Source of the DNA: Nitrospirales bacterium
GTDB taxonomy: Bacteria > Nitrospirota > Nitrospiria > Nitrospirales > UBA8639
NCBI GenBank assembly: GCA_963555755.3
Contig: OY820905.2
Location: forward strand, 1,952,001 to 2,016,000
DNA: 64,000 nucleotides
Direction: 5' to 3'
Shown: piece by piece, positions 39,333 through 50,208 of the stretch
Layout of the letters: every line of letters starts with the position of its first letter
Numbering within the stretch: position 1 is the stretch's first letter
Program-made: the position numbers and the translations under genes
The notes under the pieces: generated by a model
What the model was told of the DNA's origin: nothing
The model's input: the letters and a program-made list of their open reading frames with translations, nothing else
The model's database searches: none

Positions 39333-39453
39333 ATCAATGATTCCTCTTGCTTGAAAACGAAAGGGAGATTCGGGCCTACGGAGAAAGAGGTTCCAATCCA
39401 CCCATCCCCGCCACGGTACTTGGAAGGACCAGGCATGCCCCCTCGGAAACAGT

Positions 39454-39732
39454 TTATCCCTTTTTCCATGTACGAAAACGCTTGAGCAATTCCTCTCGTA
39501 CTTCCGTCGGCATGGGTTCGGGTGAGAGTTGTCCAAGGGTACGAATGGTAGCCTTCATTTGATTCAAATAGTTCCGACACCCCACACAAAAACCCAAATG
39601 GATTTGAAACCGAATTCGATCGGTAAAGGTCAACGTTCCCTCAAGGTACTCAGTCATTAAGTCAACAAGTTCCTGACAGGATATATTGCCGGCCATCAAG
39701 TGCATGACCTGGCCTTTAAGATCATTTGCCAT
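39454..39732 (-). CDS. zf-HC2 (ZAS) anti-sigma factor
   Basis: SCQELVDLMTEYLEG..HLGFCVGC. Confidence 0.88.
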   Translation of the reverse strand: MANDLKGQVMHLMAGNISCQELVDLMTEYLEGTLTFTDRIRFQIHLGFCVGCRNYLNQMKATIRTLGQLSPEPMPTEVREELLKRFRTWKKG

Positions 39733-40421
39733 CAGCGTTTTGCCTTTGTGTTATTTAGTTGAGGTTCAATCATCTTCCTTACTCGGCTTCTGGCTCGATG
39801 CAGGAGGACCCGTTGATTGGTCTCGGTGACCTCTAAAATATTACAGACTTCTTTGGAGTCAACTCCATCAAGGTCCCTCAAGGTAATCACCTGCCGTTGA
39901 ACTGGCGGCAGGGCATCAATGGCTTGTTCAATGAGCATCCGGCTTTCTTTGGACAGTAACAGCCTCTCCGGGGTCTCCTCATCCCACATACTGGGCAAGG
40001 TGATCCAATGGCCCACTAATGCGCTCGAGGACTGAAATCGCTCAGGCTCTCTCCAGCCTTCATCATCACCGTCACTGTGCCCATCTCCGGTATCCAGAGA
40101 TTCATAACGACTTTCCCGCTTTCCACGGGTTTTGGCTCGATTCGTCAAAATTCGAAACATCCAGGTCTTGAGCGACGACCGGCCTTCAAACCGAGGGAGA
40201 CTCTCCAAGACTCCCATCCAGGTTTCTTGGACCACCTCTTCGGCCACAGCACGTGAGGGAACATAGGCCATCGCCAACCGCAAGAGTGAGCCATAATAGG
40301 TATCGATGAGAAATCCAAAGGCGGCTTCATCTCCCTGCCGTAAGGCCTCGACCAATACCTGCTCATCGTTCCATTTCGATTCAGGCGAGGCGGTCGGCTG
40401 CTGTTGTCCCTCTTCCTTCAT
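39732..40421 (-). CDS. ECF RNA polymerase sigma factor
   Basis: AEEVVQETW, FEGRSSLKTW, QRVLLHRAR; ATG 40421 after GAGG. Confidence 0.92.
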   Translation of the reverse strand: MKEEGQQQPTASPESKWNDEQVLVEALRQGDEAAFGFLIDTYYGSLLRLAMAYVPSRAVAEEVVQETWMGVLESLPRFEGRSSLKTWMFRILTNRAKTRGKRESRYESLDTGDGHSDGDDEGWREPERFQSSSALVGHWITLPSMWDEETPERLLLSKESRMLIEQAIDALPPVQRQVITLRDLDGVDSKEVCNILEVTETNQRVLLHRARSRVRKMIEPQLNNTKAKR

Positions 40422-40519
40422 GACCACCTCATTTAAACCTAGAAACGGCATTGGGGCGCAAAAAAGACGTGTAAGATATTGGCGGGCATGGTGCAATACA
40501 AAAAGTCGTGGTCACCCAA

Positions 40520-40676
40520 GGGCTCGCGCAAGAATAACTTCCCCCGTTTGGGCGTCGATCCATCCCGTCTGGCAGCGTTGCTCGTCCTTTCCATACGAGG
40601 AGTATGCGCAGTCCTCGCGCCTTGCCAGACAGGTGTCTCAGCACCCAAACAGGGGATGTTATTCCTGCGAGAGCCC
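40520..40676. mobile_element. 157-bp MITE, family A
   Basis: TIRs as in the other copies. Confidence 0.85.
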
Positions 40677-40719
40677 TTAGTGGTGATGAGACATTTTTTT
40701 ATTGTGCCAGGTGCGCTCA

Positions 40720-40982
40720 GGGTCCGTCACGAAATAACCGGGACAATTGGGAGGCCCAGATTTGTGATCGGGGCAAGGCGCGACGAGGGAGCCTAGCGGG
40801 GCTATGTGACTGAGGAGCAACGCCGCCCCGGGCCAAAGATGGGCCTCCCCGGAGGGCCGGACACTTTTGGGCTCCGCCGGCGTCGCTCATCGCTTCCATA
40901 CTCCCGGTATGCGCGCTCATCGCTCCTTGGCTCGCTCCAAAATTGTCTCGGCCAATTGTCCCGGTTATTTCGTGACGGACCC
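40720..40982. mobile_element. MITE family F (two inverted ERIC-like cores)
   Basis: 31-bp perfect TIR GGGTCCGTCACGAAATAACCGGGACAATTGG. Confidence 0.8.
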
Positions 40983-41234
40983 TAAGAGCTTGCGCGGACT
41001 TTTGTGATCCAACTGCTGTTTCTAGGTTAAACCTTGACTCACCGAAAGAAGCGACGAGAACCCCTTCCTTGCACACCCTTTTGCAACCCTTTCCTCAACC
41101 CATGCATTATGGTCAGGGGGAAGGCTTGAATCAAGTTCAGGAGAAGAGAACGATTTTACTCAAACGACTGTGACTCAGAGGAAAGGAAGAAACGGCAGAC
41201 AATGGAGAAGGAACACAGCACCCTGGGAAATGAA

Positions 41235-41873
41235 TCAAGCGAATCGAAATATTTGAGCTAAAATTCCGGTCCTTGTGGAACTCCCTGTTTTCTTGAAGAT
41301 GTGCTTGATATGTTCTTTGACCGTATGTTCGCTAATATCGAGGAGTTCGGCAATTTCTCTGTTTGTCTTTCCGTCGGCGACGTGCATGACAATTTCAAGT
41401 TCACGATCCGTGAGATGGAAGTGCTTTTTGGCCGTATCGGATGGCGGTTGGATGCGCCGACCAAGCTTCTCCATGAGAATCAAATAGCGAGGCTCGTTTT
41501 CATCATTCCCGGGAATAAAAAACCCTCGAAGCAGGATAGGATTTGCCTCCTCACCAATGAATCGGCGCAATTGGATCTCCTCGCCATTCGGTGAACCGGT
41601 GGCAGCTTCCATTTCCTGTTGAAGAGCGGCGCACAATTCATGAATTTCTTGTGGAAGCACCCCATTGCCAAAGTCAACATTGCCGGGCATTCCTTGCCCA
41701 TGCACCACCTGATGGCACAACGCTTCTGCCTCTGCATTCATAAACAACAGACACTTCGCTCCCGTTAACGATACCACGCCGGGAACCGACCGGTTGTTCG
41801 CAATATTTTCAAGAACCATCGAAGACTGTTGGCCCGATTCTTTGTTAGACACGTTCGCCACCCATTCACCCAT
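41235..41873 (-). CDS. LuxR-type HTH transcriptional regulator
   Basis: LTDRELEI..GKTNREIA..ISEHTVKEHIKHIFKK. Confidence 0.88.
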   Translation of the reverse strand: MGEWVANVSNKESGQQSSMVLENIANNRSVPGVVSLTGAKCLLFMNAEAEALCHQVVHGQGMPGNVDFGNGVLPQEIHELCAALQQEMEAATGSPNGEEIQLRRFIGEEANPILLRGFFIPGNDENEPRYLILMEKLGRRIQPPSDTAKKHFHLTDRELEIVMHVADGKTNREIAELLDISEHTVKEHIKHIFKKTGSSTRTGILAQIFRFA

Positions 41874-42188
41874 TCTTGGTCATCGAAATATCATCTATCG
41901 AGATTTTCCTGTGGTAAGCCATCGGCAGCAATGCACCCCTTGCCTAGACAACGACTTCGTCGAAATTTGCACTTCGGGCACACGACAATCTTGTCATCGA
42001 CCCGTGGCACTGATATTAGGGTTTAATCGGTTAACTTGGTGGGTTTCTTTAAAGTCCTTACGCCAAGTTATTCCATAAATCTGAGAGATTCCGCATTCCC
42101 ACGACCTATTCAAAATTCTTTAACAAGACCATCGAGAAGGAATAGAGACCAATGAGCAATGGGGCACACCAGACTCACCTGGGAAGAA

Positions 42189-42345
42189 GGGTTCGCGCAA
42201 GAATAACTTCCCCTGTTTGGGTGCTGAAACACCTGTCTGGCAAGGCGCGAGGGCTGCGCATACTCCTCGTATGGAAAGGACGAGCAACGCCGCCAGACCG
42301 GATGGATCGACGCCCAAACAGGGGAAGTTATTCTTGCGCGAGCCC
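42189..42345. mobile_element. 157-bp MITE, family A
   Basis: TIRs as in the other copies. Confidence 0.85.
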
Positions 42346-42417
42346 AAAAGGCAAAAAAAGCCCTGACACTCACGGGAAAACGAGTATCAGGGCCTTATCA
42401 AGATAATTGGATCTAGA

Positions 42418-42894
42418 CTACTCTTCTTTTTTAATCTGCTCGCTCAGATAATTTTGCAGACCAACCTGCTTAATTATTTCTAATTGTGTTTCGATCCAAT
42501 CGATATGCTCTTCCTCATCTTTGACCATCTCTTCGAGCATATGCCGGGTGGTATAGTCACCGACTTTCACACAATGCACAATGCCTTCGGTCATCAATTT
42601 GACCATGGCTTTTTCTTTGTCGAGGTCGGCCTTTAATTGTTCAGGCACGTTTTCCCCGATCTTGACGGTTCCCAACTTTTGCATATTCGGTAGACCATCA
42701 AGATACAAGATATGATCGATCACCACCTGTGCATCTTTCATTTCTCCAAAACTGCGATCGAGCACATAATGATGGAGTCGATCATAGCCCCAATTTTTGC
42801 ACATCTTGGCATGGAGAAAATACTGATTAATGACGGTCAATTCCTCCGTCAAAATCTTATTGAGTAAATTGATCACTCCTTCTTTGGCTTTCAT
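42418..42894 (-). CDS. bfr: bacterioferritin
   Basis: ELTVINQYFLHA..NWG, EMK, LDGLPNMQ, EEEHIDWIETQ. Confidence 0.92.
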   Translation of the reverse strand: MKAKEGVINLLNKILTEELTVINQYFLHAKMCKNWGYDRLHHYVLDRSFGEMKDAQVVIDHILYLDGLPNMQKLGTVKIGENVPEQLKADLDKEKAMVKLMTEGIVHCVKVGDYTTRHMLEEMVKDEEEHIDWIETQLEIIKQVGLQNYLSEQIKKEE

Positions 42895-43287
42895 AGCGAT
42901 CTCCTTTCTATTGTCTTCACGAAAACATGATTAATATTTTTGACATGACTTCCAAGTATTTTTCGTCCATTTCTTTTGACCATCTTGTGTTCATGCTACC
43001 CCTCATTTTCGGACTCTGTCAATAGAAAACTTTAGGTATTTCTTCTTAGTCATGATTCTCTTTCTCAACTTCGCTGATTTGGATTCTCAACCTCGCTGAT
43101 TCGAATTTTCAACCTCAGAGAAAAGCCGTAATGCGTGACGCGTAAAGCGTGATGAGTAAAGAGCAGATCAACGGTCCTATTGCCTCACTCCTTCCGTTTT
43201 GCGCATTACGCATTACGCATAACACATCACACTTTACGTCCTCGACTGAGTTGACCAATATTCTTAGCCAGTGCTACCGTCCCTTCC

Positions 43288-46200
43288 ATGTCTAATGCAA
43301 AACCGAATCAACCGGCCAACCGGCTCATTCACGAAACCAGTCCCTATTTAATTCAGCACGCCTACAACCCCGTGGATTGGTATCCCTGGGGCAAGGCCGC
43401 TCTCGCGCGGGCCAAAACCGAAGACAAACCCATTCTGCTTTCCATCGGCTATTCCGCCTGTCATTGGTGTCACGTCATGGAACGGGAATCTTTTGAAAAC
43501 GACGAGATCGCCCGACTCATGAACCAAGAATACGTCTGCGTGAAGGTGGACCGGGAAGAACGCCCTGACCTCGACGAAATATACATGCAAGCCACTTTGG
43601 CGATGAATCAGGGAAACGGCGGTTGGCCCATGACCGTGTTTCTCACTCCTGATCAACAACCCATTTTTGCAGGCACATACTTTCCCCCGACTGATAAATG
43701 GGGACGCCCGGGCTTTGCCACGGTTCTGAAAAAAATCGCCGAGGGTTGGCACAAAGATCGTGCCGAAATTGTCGAGTCGGCCACCCGTTTTACCACACGA
43801 CTTCAAAAATCCATTCAAGTTCCATCACCCACCACAGTGGGACAAGCGGAACTCGATGCCGGGACGGAACAGTTCGCCAAGAACTTTGATCCGGTCTTTG
43901 GCGGGTTTGGGCAAGCGCCGAAATTTCCACCAGCTATTGGGCTCTCCTTTCTGCTTCGCCATTTCCATCAGACAGGGCATGAACCAACCTTACGCATGGT
44001 GCGGAAAACTCTCGATGCCATGGCTGCCGGTGGCATGTATGATCACATCGGTGGAGGATTTGCTCGTTACTCCACCGATGAACGATGGTTGGTCCCGCAC
44101 TTTGAAAAAATGTTGTATGACAATTCGTTGTTGGCAAAAACCTATATTGAAGCGTATCTAGTCACCCATGATGCCAATTACCAACGCATTGCGACGGAAA
44201 TCCTCGACTACATCATCCAAGAGATGACCTCCCCGGAAGGTGGATTCTACTCCGCAACCGATGCCGACTCGGAAGGGGTTGAGGGAAAGTTCTTTGTGTG
44301 GGATCCCGATCAAATTGAGACAATCGTTTCATCTGAAGAAGACATCAAACGCTTTTGTGCGTTTTACGACATCACAGCCGATGGCAATTGGGAACACCAC
44401 AGTATCCCTAATACGCCTCGCGATCTTGAAGATGTGGCTCAAGAACTGGGCTGCTCTCCAGAAGCACTCCAAGAAACCATCGACCGCGTTCGACCACTCG
44501 TTTACCAAGCTCGGTTGAAACGCGTGGCACCAGGACTTGACGACAAAGTCATCACCGCCTGGAACGGCATGATGATTAGCGCCATGGCTGAAGCCGCTCG
44601 CGTGTTAGGACAAACCCGATACTTGGAAGCTGCCACCAAGGCAGCCGACTTTCTCCTGACTACGCTCTCACGACCTGACGGTGGATTGTATCGGACGTCT
44701 CGGGCAGACAAAGCACATCTAGACGCCTACCTCGAAGATTATGCCTTCCTCATCGAAGCCTTGATCGATGTGTATGAAGCCGGTGGGAAGGAACACTATT
44801 TGAAGGAAGCCGTTCGACTCGCCGACCGACTCATCAAAGATTTCTCCGATGAACAACATGGCGGATTTTTCACAACCGCGAAAGACCATGAGACCTTGAT
44901 ACTTCGCAGTCGGGAAGGCCCCGATGGAGCCACACCCAGCGGCAATGCGGTCGCGGCTATGGCCTTGGCTCGGCTTTCGTTTCATTTTGGTAGGGAAGAT
45001 TTTCGTGACGCCGCCACGGCAGCGATTCGGGCCTATGGCCGACAGATCGCGCAAATTCCTCGTGGCTTTGCCAAATCGTTGATCGCCTCTGACCTCCTTC
45101 TCAGAGGGCCGGTCGAATTGGCACTTGTCGGCACCCCAGGGGAAACAAAATTTGAAGCCCTTTCCAAAGAACTCCGTCGCCATTACGTGCCCAATCGGGT
45201 CATCGCTCATATAGATCCCCAGCACCCCGAGACGGTGCATCCTCTTCTTCAAGGCAAAACATTAATCAATGGACAGCCAGCCCTATATATCTGCCGAAAC
45301 TTTGCATGCGAAGCACCCATCACCGACCCGGGATTCATCGAGCAGGCTGTAAGAAGCCAATCGAATCCAACTCCCGTTTCGGCCTCAGGCAAAGCCACCA
45401 CGCTGACAACTTCGGGACTCCCAGGCAAAGCCACTGCAGGAGGCACGGGTACCTATGTCTCACGCGCCTTGGCCAGCCCATTGCCTTCCCGACCATCGGC
45501 CACAGGCTATACACCGTTCGGCTCCACGGGTCTCACCACATCTCGCATCGGATTTGGCGGCTACCGCATTGCTGAAGGCCAAGATGAACATCGTGAGGCC
45601 CTTTGCAAAGCCATCCGGGAGGGATGCAATCTCATCGACACCTCAACAAACTATACAGATGGAGCCAGCGAACAATTGATCGGGAGTGTGTTGAAGGAAT
45701 TAATTGGCAAACAGGAAATCACGCGAGAAAATATCATCGTCGTTTCAAAGATTGGCTATGTGCAGGCCAAAAACCTCGCCCGTGCCGAAGCCAAGGAACA
45801 AGCGGGCCAGGCTTACCCGGACATGGTCAAATATGGTGAGGGCTTGTGGCATTGCCTCCACCCCGAGTTTCTCGAAGATCAGCTCACGCTTTCACTTGAC
45901 CGACTCGGATTAGACACGCTTGACGTATGCCTACTCCACAACCCGGAATATTTCCTTTCCGATGCCAAGAATCGAAAGCTTTCGGTTGATGACGCGAAGC
46001 TCCTGGAATTGCGAAATGAATTTTATCGTCGCCTTCAACAGGCATTCACCTATTTTGAAGAACAAGTCACGGCCGGACGGCTCCAATTCTACGGCGCGTC
46101 GTCCAACACCTGCACGGCTTCTCCGGATGATCCCGAAGCCACCTCCTTGTCACGAATGCGTGAATGCGCGCAAGCCGCAGCCCAAGCACTTGGAAAGTCA

Positions 46201-46986
46201 TCACATGCCTTTCGAGTCCTGCAACTTCCCATGAACCTGTTCGAGTCTGGAGCATTACTCACTCCCAACACTGGAAGTGACGGAACGCAAACCGTCCTGG
46301 AATTCGCGCAACGGGAGCAGATTGCCGTATTAGTAAACCGTCCACTCAATGCCATTCCGGCTAAGCATCAAGGCATGATTCGGTTAGCCGATCCACAAAC
46401 CGAACCGGTTGAATTCACATTTGAATCTCAGCATGAAAAACTGGCCACGTTGGAAGAAGAATTTCTGAAAGACTTTGTCCCGCATATCCCTTATTCAGGG
46501 AAGGGGCTCGAGCCCAAAGACTTTTTTTCCTTTACCGAAGAGCTCACCAGCCTTCGGCCTCAACTCCAAAGTCTCGAACATTGGGATCAAATCGAATCGC
46601 AAATGATTGCCCCCCACATCAACCAAGCCCTCCAAGTCGTCACCAAGCAACTCGGTGAAGACAAAGCCACCGCCTGGAAAAGTTGGCAAAACCGTTACAT
46701 TCCCACACTCGTGACTCTGTTTCTTATTCTACGAAAAGAGGCGGCTGCAAAAAATCGTGACACCCTCAAAGGGATCACAGCTACGATCGATCCCCTTCTG
46801 CCTGAAGAAAAGCGCCCAGAACCCATTTCCCGAAAAACCCTCTGGATTCTCACCAGCACGCCCGGCATCACCTGTGTCCTTAACGGCATGCGAACAACAC
46901 ACTATGTCGACGACGCACTCACCATCTTAAGCTGGGACCCACTTGCCACTCCACGAAACGTGTTTGAATCACTCATCCGGCCTTAG
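43288..46986 (+). CDS. YyaL/DUF255 thioredoxin-domain protein fused to an aldo/keto reductase
   Basis: [37 protein letters not shown]; then GFGGYR, IDTSTNY, VSKIGY, LLHNPEY. Confidence 0.9.
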   Translation: MSNAKPNQPANRLIHETSPYLIQHAYNPVDWYPWGKAALARAKTEDKPILLSIGYSACHWCHVMERESFENDEIARLMNQEYVCVKVDREERPDLDEIYMQATLAMNQGNGGWPMTVFLTPDQQPIFAGTYFPPTDKWGRPGFATVLKKIAEGWHKDRAEIVESATRFTTRLQKSIQVPSPTTVGQAELDAGTEQFAKNFDPVFGGFGQAPKFPPAIGLSFLLRHFHQTGHEPTLRMVRKTLDAMAAGGMYDHIGGGFARYSTDERWLVPHFEKMLYDNSLLAKTYIEAYLVTHDANYQRIATEILDYIIQEMTSPEGGFYSATDADSEGVEGKFFVWDPDQIETIVSSEEDIKRFCAFYDITADGNWEHHSIPNTPRDLEDVAQELGCSPEALQETIDRVRPLVYQARLKRVAPGLDDKVITAWNGMMISAMAEAARVLGQTRYLEAATKAADFLLTTLSRPDGGLYRTSRADKAHLDAYLEDYAFLIEALIDVYEAGGKEHYLKEAVRLADRLIKDFSDEQHGGFFTTAKDHETLILRSREGPDGATPSGNAVAAMALARLSFHFGREDFRDAATAAIRAYGRQIAQIPRGFAKSLIASDLLLRGPVELALVGTPGETKFEALSKELRRHYVPNRVIAHIDPQHPETVHPLLQGKTLINGQPALYICRNFACEAPITDPGFIEQAVRSQSNPTPVSASGKATTLTTSGLPGKATAGGTGTYVSRALASPLPSRPSATGYTPFGSTGLTTSRIGFGGYRIAEGQDEHREALCKAIREGCNLIDTSTNYTDGASEQLIGSVLKELIGKQEITRENIIVVSKIGYVQAKNLARAEAKEQAGQAYPDMVKYGEGLWHCLHPEFLEDQLTLSLDRLGLDTLDVCLLHNPEYFLSDAKNRKLSVDDAKLLELRNEFYRRLQQAFTYFEEQVTAGRLQFYGASSNTCTASPDDPEATSLSRMRECAQAAAQALGKSSHAFRVLQLPMNLFESGALLTPNTGSDGTQTVLEFAQREQIAVLVNRPLNAIPAKHQGMIRLADPQTEPVEFTFESQHEKLATLEEEFLKDFVPHIPYSGKGLEPKDFFSFTEELTSLRPQLQSLEHWDQIESQMIAPHINQALQVVTKQLGEDKATAWKSWQNRYIPTLVTLFLILRKEAAAKNRDTLKGITATIDPLLPEEKRPEPISRKTLWILTSTPGITCVLNGMRTTHYVDDALTILSWDPLATPRNVFESLIRP

Positions 46987-47165
46987 GACCTGCGAGAAAA
47001 TAACTTGATCAATATCGCGCCAAGATTTGGGTCGGATTTGGACGGAACGATTGAGAAACACCCGAGGCATAGCACAGCTATGGTGAGGGTGTTCCGATTG
47101 AGGCCCGTTCAAAGGTGGCCCGAAGATTGGATGCGAGATTGATTAAGTTATTTTCTCGCAGGTCC
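46986..47165. mobile_element. MITE family C variant
   Basis: TIR GGACCTGCGAGAAAATAACTT; TTA on both flanks. Confidence 0.82.
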
Positions 47166-47210
47166 TTAGGGTTCTACAGCAACATTCCCAGAAACACTAC
47201 CAAATCTGTC

Positions 47211-47639
47211 TCAGCTCAGAGGGTGTCTCCAGCGAAGTCCGGGGAACCGGCTGTAGTCTCGGTCGGTCGTGATCCATTCGCTTCCTGACTCAATGGCCAT
47301 AGCCGCAAGATAGGCGTCAGGCACCAAATTGCCTTTGATGCCAGCCTCCCGGCACAGTCGAGCAAAGATTTCCCAATGCCGTGTCCCTGGAGAGAGGAGT
47401 ACACAGTTGGGTCGCGAGCGAATGGCATTCACAAATGAAAACGCTATGGAGGTTGGGGTTGGCCTGTTGAAGACTTTTGTATGGGTCACCACCCGAAGAA
47501 ATCCACTGAGAACAAGATCGCAGATGCCAAATGCTGTCTCTGCCTCGACCCAGCGTTCTAGCCAAGACCGGTATAGCGCATGATCGAGAGCGTCTTCTCG
47601 GTGGGCGTAAACAAGAATGTTTACGTCAACGAGTTCCAT
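47211..47639 (-). CDS. vapC: VapC PIN-domain toxin
   Basis: VDVNILVYA, VPDAYLAA, TTDRDY. Confidence 0.92.
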   Translation of the reverse strand: MELVDVNILVYAHREDALDHALYRSWLERWVEAETAFGICDLVLSGFLRVVTHTKVFNRPTPTSIAFSFVNAIRSRPNCVLLSPGTRHWEIFARLCREAGIKGNLVPDAYLAAMAIESGSEWITTDRDYSRFPGLRWRHPLS

Positions 47640-47877
47640 CTACCCGTTCCATGACGTCTAACAAGTCGGCACTGTTGTCAAGATCGATTCCAGGCTGAAG
47701 GCCGCCCCCATGATAGGTGGGAAGCTTCAACCGTCGTTTGACTGGGGCATGGCGTTTCATCGCCAGAAACGTTCGCAAGGCATCTTCAAGCAGTGCTGTG
47801 AAAGTACGGCCCGTTTTGGCGGCATGTTGTTTCGCCTCATTAAGGAGCTGGTCGTCAAGCCGAACCGTCGTTCTCAT
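47626..47877 (-). CDS. vapB: VapB ribbon-helix-helix antitoxin
   Basis: MRTTVRLDDQLL, PGIDLD. Confidence 0.88.
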   Translation of the reverse strand: MRTTVRLDDQLLNEAKQHAAKTGRTFTALLEDALRTFLAMKRHAPVKRRLKLPTYHGGGLQPGIDLDNSADLLDVMERVDGTR

Positions 47878-47942
47878 ACACCAAAGCATATGACTAATGC
47901 ATCAATATGTCAATAATGGCTTTTTTGCGGAATTCCTCAGGT

Positions 47943-47979
47943 TCGCCGACTCCTGCGAAGGGCTCGCGTTGTGTCTCAC
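47943..47979 (-). pseudogene. ~37-bp fragment of yoeB
   Basis: gccgactcctgcgaagggctcgcgttgtgtctcac is identical to sequence within yoeB (~49398-49432). Confidence 0.75.
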
Positions 47980-48040
47980 ATATTATAGCTATTTCAATTA
48001 ACTTCCGTTCTTTTTGCTGATGGCGGAAGAACAATACCGT

Positions 48041-48152
48041 AAATCCGAAACTTGAAAATCGAAATCCGAAACAAATGAGAATAACCAAATTGAAAAATTC
48101 GAATTTAGCATTTCGGATTTGTTTCGAAATTTGATATTGGCATTTCGAGTTT
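48041..48152. repeat. inverted arrays of degenerate 7-mers (AAATCCG/TTTCGGA)
   Basis: aaatccgaaacttgaaaatcgaaatccgaaac ... tttcggatttgtttcgaaatttg. Confidence 0.6.
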
Positions 48153-48215
48153 ATGGACTTTATTTGGAGTGTAATTCTATTACATTTTTAAATAGGTTTG
48201 ACCCCTTACTGTCCT

Positions 48216-49090
48216 TGCACGGCTTCTCCCAATGACCCCAAGGCCACCTCATTTTCTCGAATGCTTAAATGTGCGCAAGCCGCAGCCCAAGCACTAGGGA
48301 AAACGTCGCATGCCTTTCGAGTCGTACAACTTCCAATGAACCTGTTCGAGTCCGAGACATTACTCACTCCCAACACTGGAAGTGACGGGACCCAAACCGT
48401 TCTGGAATTCGCGCAACAAGAGCAAATTGCCATATTGGTGAATCGGCCCCTCAACGCCATCCCGGCTAAGCATCGGGGCATGATTCGGTTGGCCGATCCC
48501 AAAACCGAACCGGTTGAATCCACATTTGAATCCCAGCATGAAAAACTGGTCACGTTGGAAGAAGAGTTTCTGAAGGACTTTGCCCCGCATATCCCTTATT
48601 CTGGGAAGGGACTCGAGCCCAAAGACTTTTTCTCGCTAACCGAAGAGCTCACCAGCCTTCGGCCTCAACTCCAAAGTCTCGAACATTGGGATCAAATTGA
48701 ATCGCAAATGATTGCCCCCACATCAATCAAGCCCTCCAGGTCGTCACCAAGCAACTCGGTGAAGACAAAGCCACCGCCTGGAAAAGTTGGCAAAACCGCT
48801 ACATTCCCAAACTCGTGACCCTGTTTCTTATTCTCCGAAAAGAAGCCGCTGCAAAAAATCGTGACACCCTCAAAGGGATCACGGACACCATCGCTCCTCT
48901 CCTCCCAGAGGAAAAACGCACCGAACCAATTTCCCGAAAAGCCCCCTGGATACTCACCAGCACTCCCGGTGTCACCTGCGTGCTCAACGGCATGAGAACC
49001 CCAAACTATGTGGACGACGCCCTCACCATCCTGGGCTGGGACCAACTTACCACTCCACGAAACATATTTGAATCGCTTATTCGGCCTTAA
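48216..49090 (+). pseudogene. diverged duplicate of the last 876 bp of the YyaL-AKR gene, with a 1-bp frameshift
   Basis: Colinear with 46111-46986; C6 to C5 deletion near 48716. Confidence 0.9.
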
Positions 49091-49271
49091 CCTCCTGTCC
49101 ACTTCACCCGCAACCGGTGTTCTTCGCCACGGGGTGTGCCCACGCGGGCTTCATCGCGTCCCTTCTTACAGCATCTTCACCGGCGTAGGGTATGAAGACA
49201 GAGGGAAGGGGGTAGTGGATACTCGACGGGTTGTTGAGAGAGTGGAGTGGAGCATTCCGCTGAACCAAGGC

Positions 49272-49526
49272 TCAGTAATGAAACCGTAACTGGGCGATCA
49301 TGAGGGTCTTACCCTCAACACGATATACCATGCGATGCTCATCGGTTATTCGGCGTGACCAGAAACCTGCAAGGGCATGCTTCAAAGGTTCGGGTTTGCC
49401 GACTCCTGCGAAGGGCTCGCGTTGTGTCTCACGTATCAACTTGTTGATGCGCTCGACCATGCGTTTGTCTTGTTTTTGCCAATACAGATAGTCTGCCCAT
49501 GCTTCGTCAGCAAAGAGCAGTTTCAC
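49272..49526 (-). CDS. yoeB: Txe/YoeB toxin
   Basis: AWADYLYWQ, GVGKPEPLK, WSRRITDEHR, RFHY. Confidence 0.95.
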   Translation of the reverse strand: MKLLFADEAWADYLYWQKQDKRMVERINKLIRETQREPFAGVGKPEPLKHALAGFWSRRITDEHRMVYRVEGKTLMIAQLRFHY

Positions 49527-49774
49527 TTGGCGAGCTTCCGCCCAACGCCTTTGCCGGCGTTCAATTGAGCGACGGCGGCAAGAAGACGCTTAGCGTTGGC
49601 AGGTGTGCGTAAGAGATATGCGGTTTCCTCCAATGCCTTGAAATCTTCGAGGGAAAGCATCACGACGGACTGTCGTCCATTGCGGGTAATAATCAAGGGT
49701 TCGTGGTCGTTGCACACACGATCCATTGCACTGGCGAGATTTGCACGAACGGTGGTGTACGTGTTGGCATCCAT
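49523..49774 (-). CDS. yefM: YefM/Phd antitoxin
   Basis: YTTVRANLA, IITR, LEETAYLLRTPANA. Confidence 0.95.
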   Translation of the reverse strand: MDANTYTTVRANLASAMDRVCNDHEPLIITRNGRQSVVMLSLEDFKALEETAYLLRTPANAKRLLAAVAQLNAGKGVGRKLAK

Positions 49775-50015
49775 AATCGATCTCCTAATATATGTACAGG
49801 ATACTGTACGTTATAAGTGGAAGTTTGTCCAGTTCAACGGCACTGCTTGTCTTCTGAACATCCTTACCTTCTTTCGCATTTAAAGGTCTGCCATTTTGTC
49901 CAATGAGTCCTGTCCATGACGCTCCCAAACTCGTCACCTTGTTTCTTATTCTATGAAAAGAGGCCGCTGCACAAAGGTACGTTTGAGGAAGGTTTTTATG
50001 GGGGAATTATTAGAG

Positions 50016-50208
50016 GCAGGGTTTCGCCCCTGCACGACGAGGCCCTTTTGTTTCGGCAAAAGGACCCAAAACCATGTTCGCCCGTGCGTGTCCCTACGGG
50101 TGAACTCCGCCACCTTACCGAATCAAAATGGTTCAGAAACTCGCTGCGCTCAAACAGTCTTCGCCAAAGAGTCGGATTCGGTAAGGCGGCTCCGCCGCGC
50201 CCAAGGCG
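50016..50208 (+). repeat. family D repeat (uninterrupted)
   Basis: Same motifs as the 9025 copy. Confidence 0.82.

Larger units (their letters stand above)
40436..41028. mobile_element. MITE family E with nested families A and F
   Basis: TIR AACCTAGAAAC/GTTTCTAGGTT. Confidence 0.8.

Noticed and set aside
13208..42345. Repeats as a CRISPR array
   Set aside because: The copies are dispersed and 120-190 bp long, with no repeat-spacer periodicity and no cas genes
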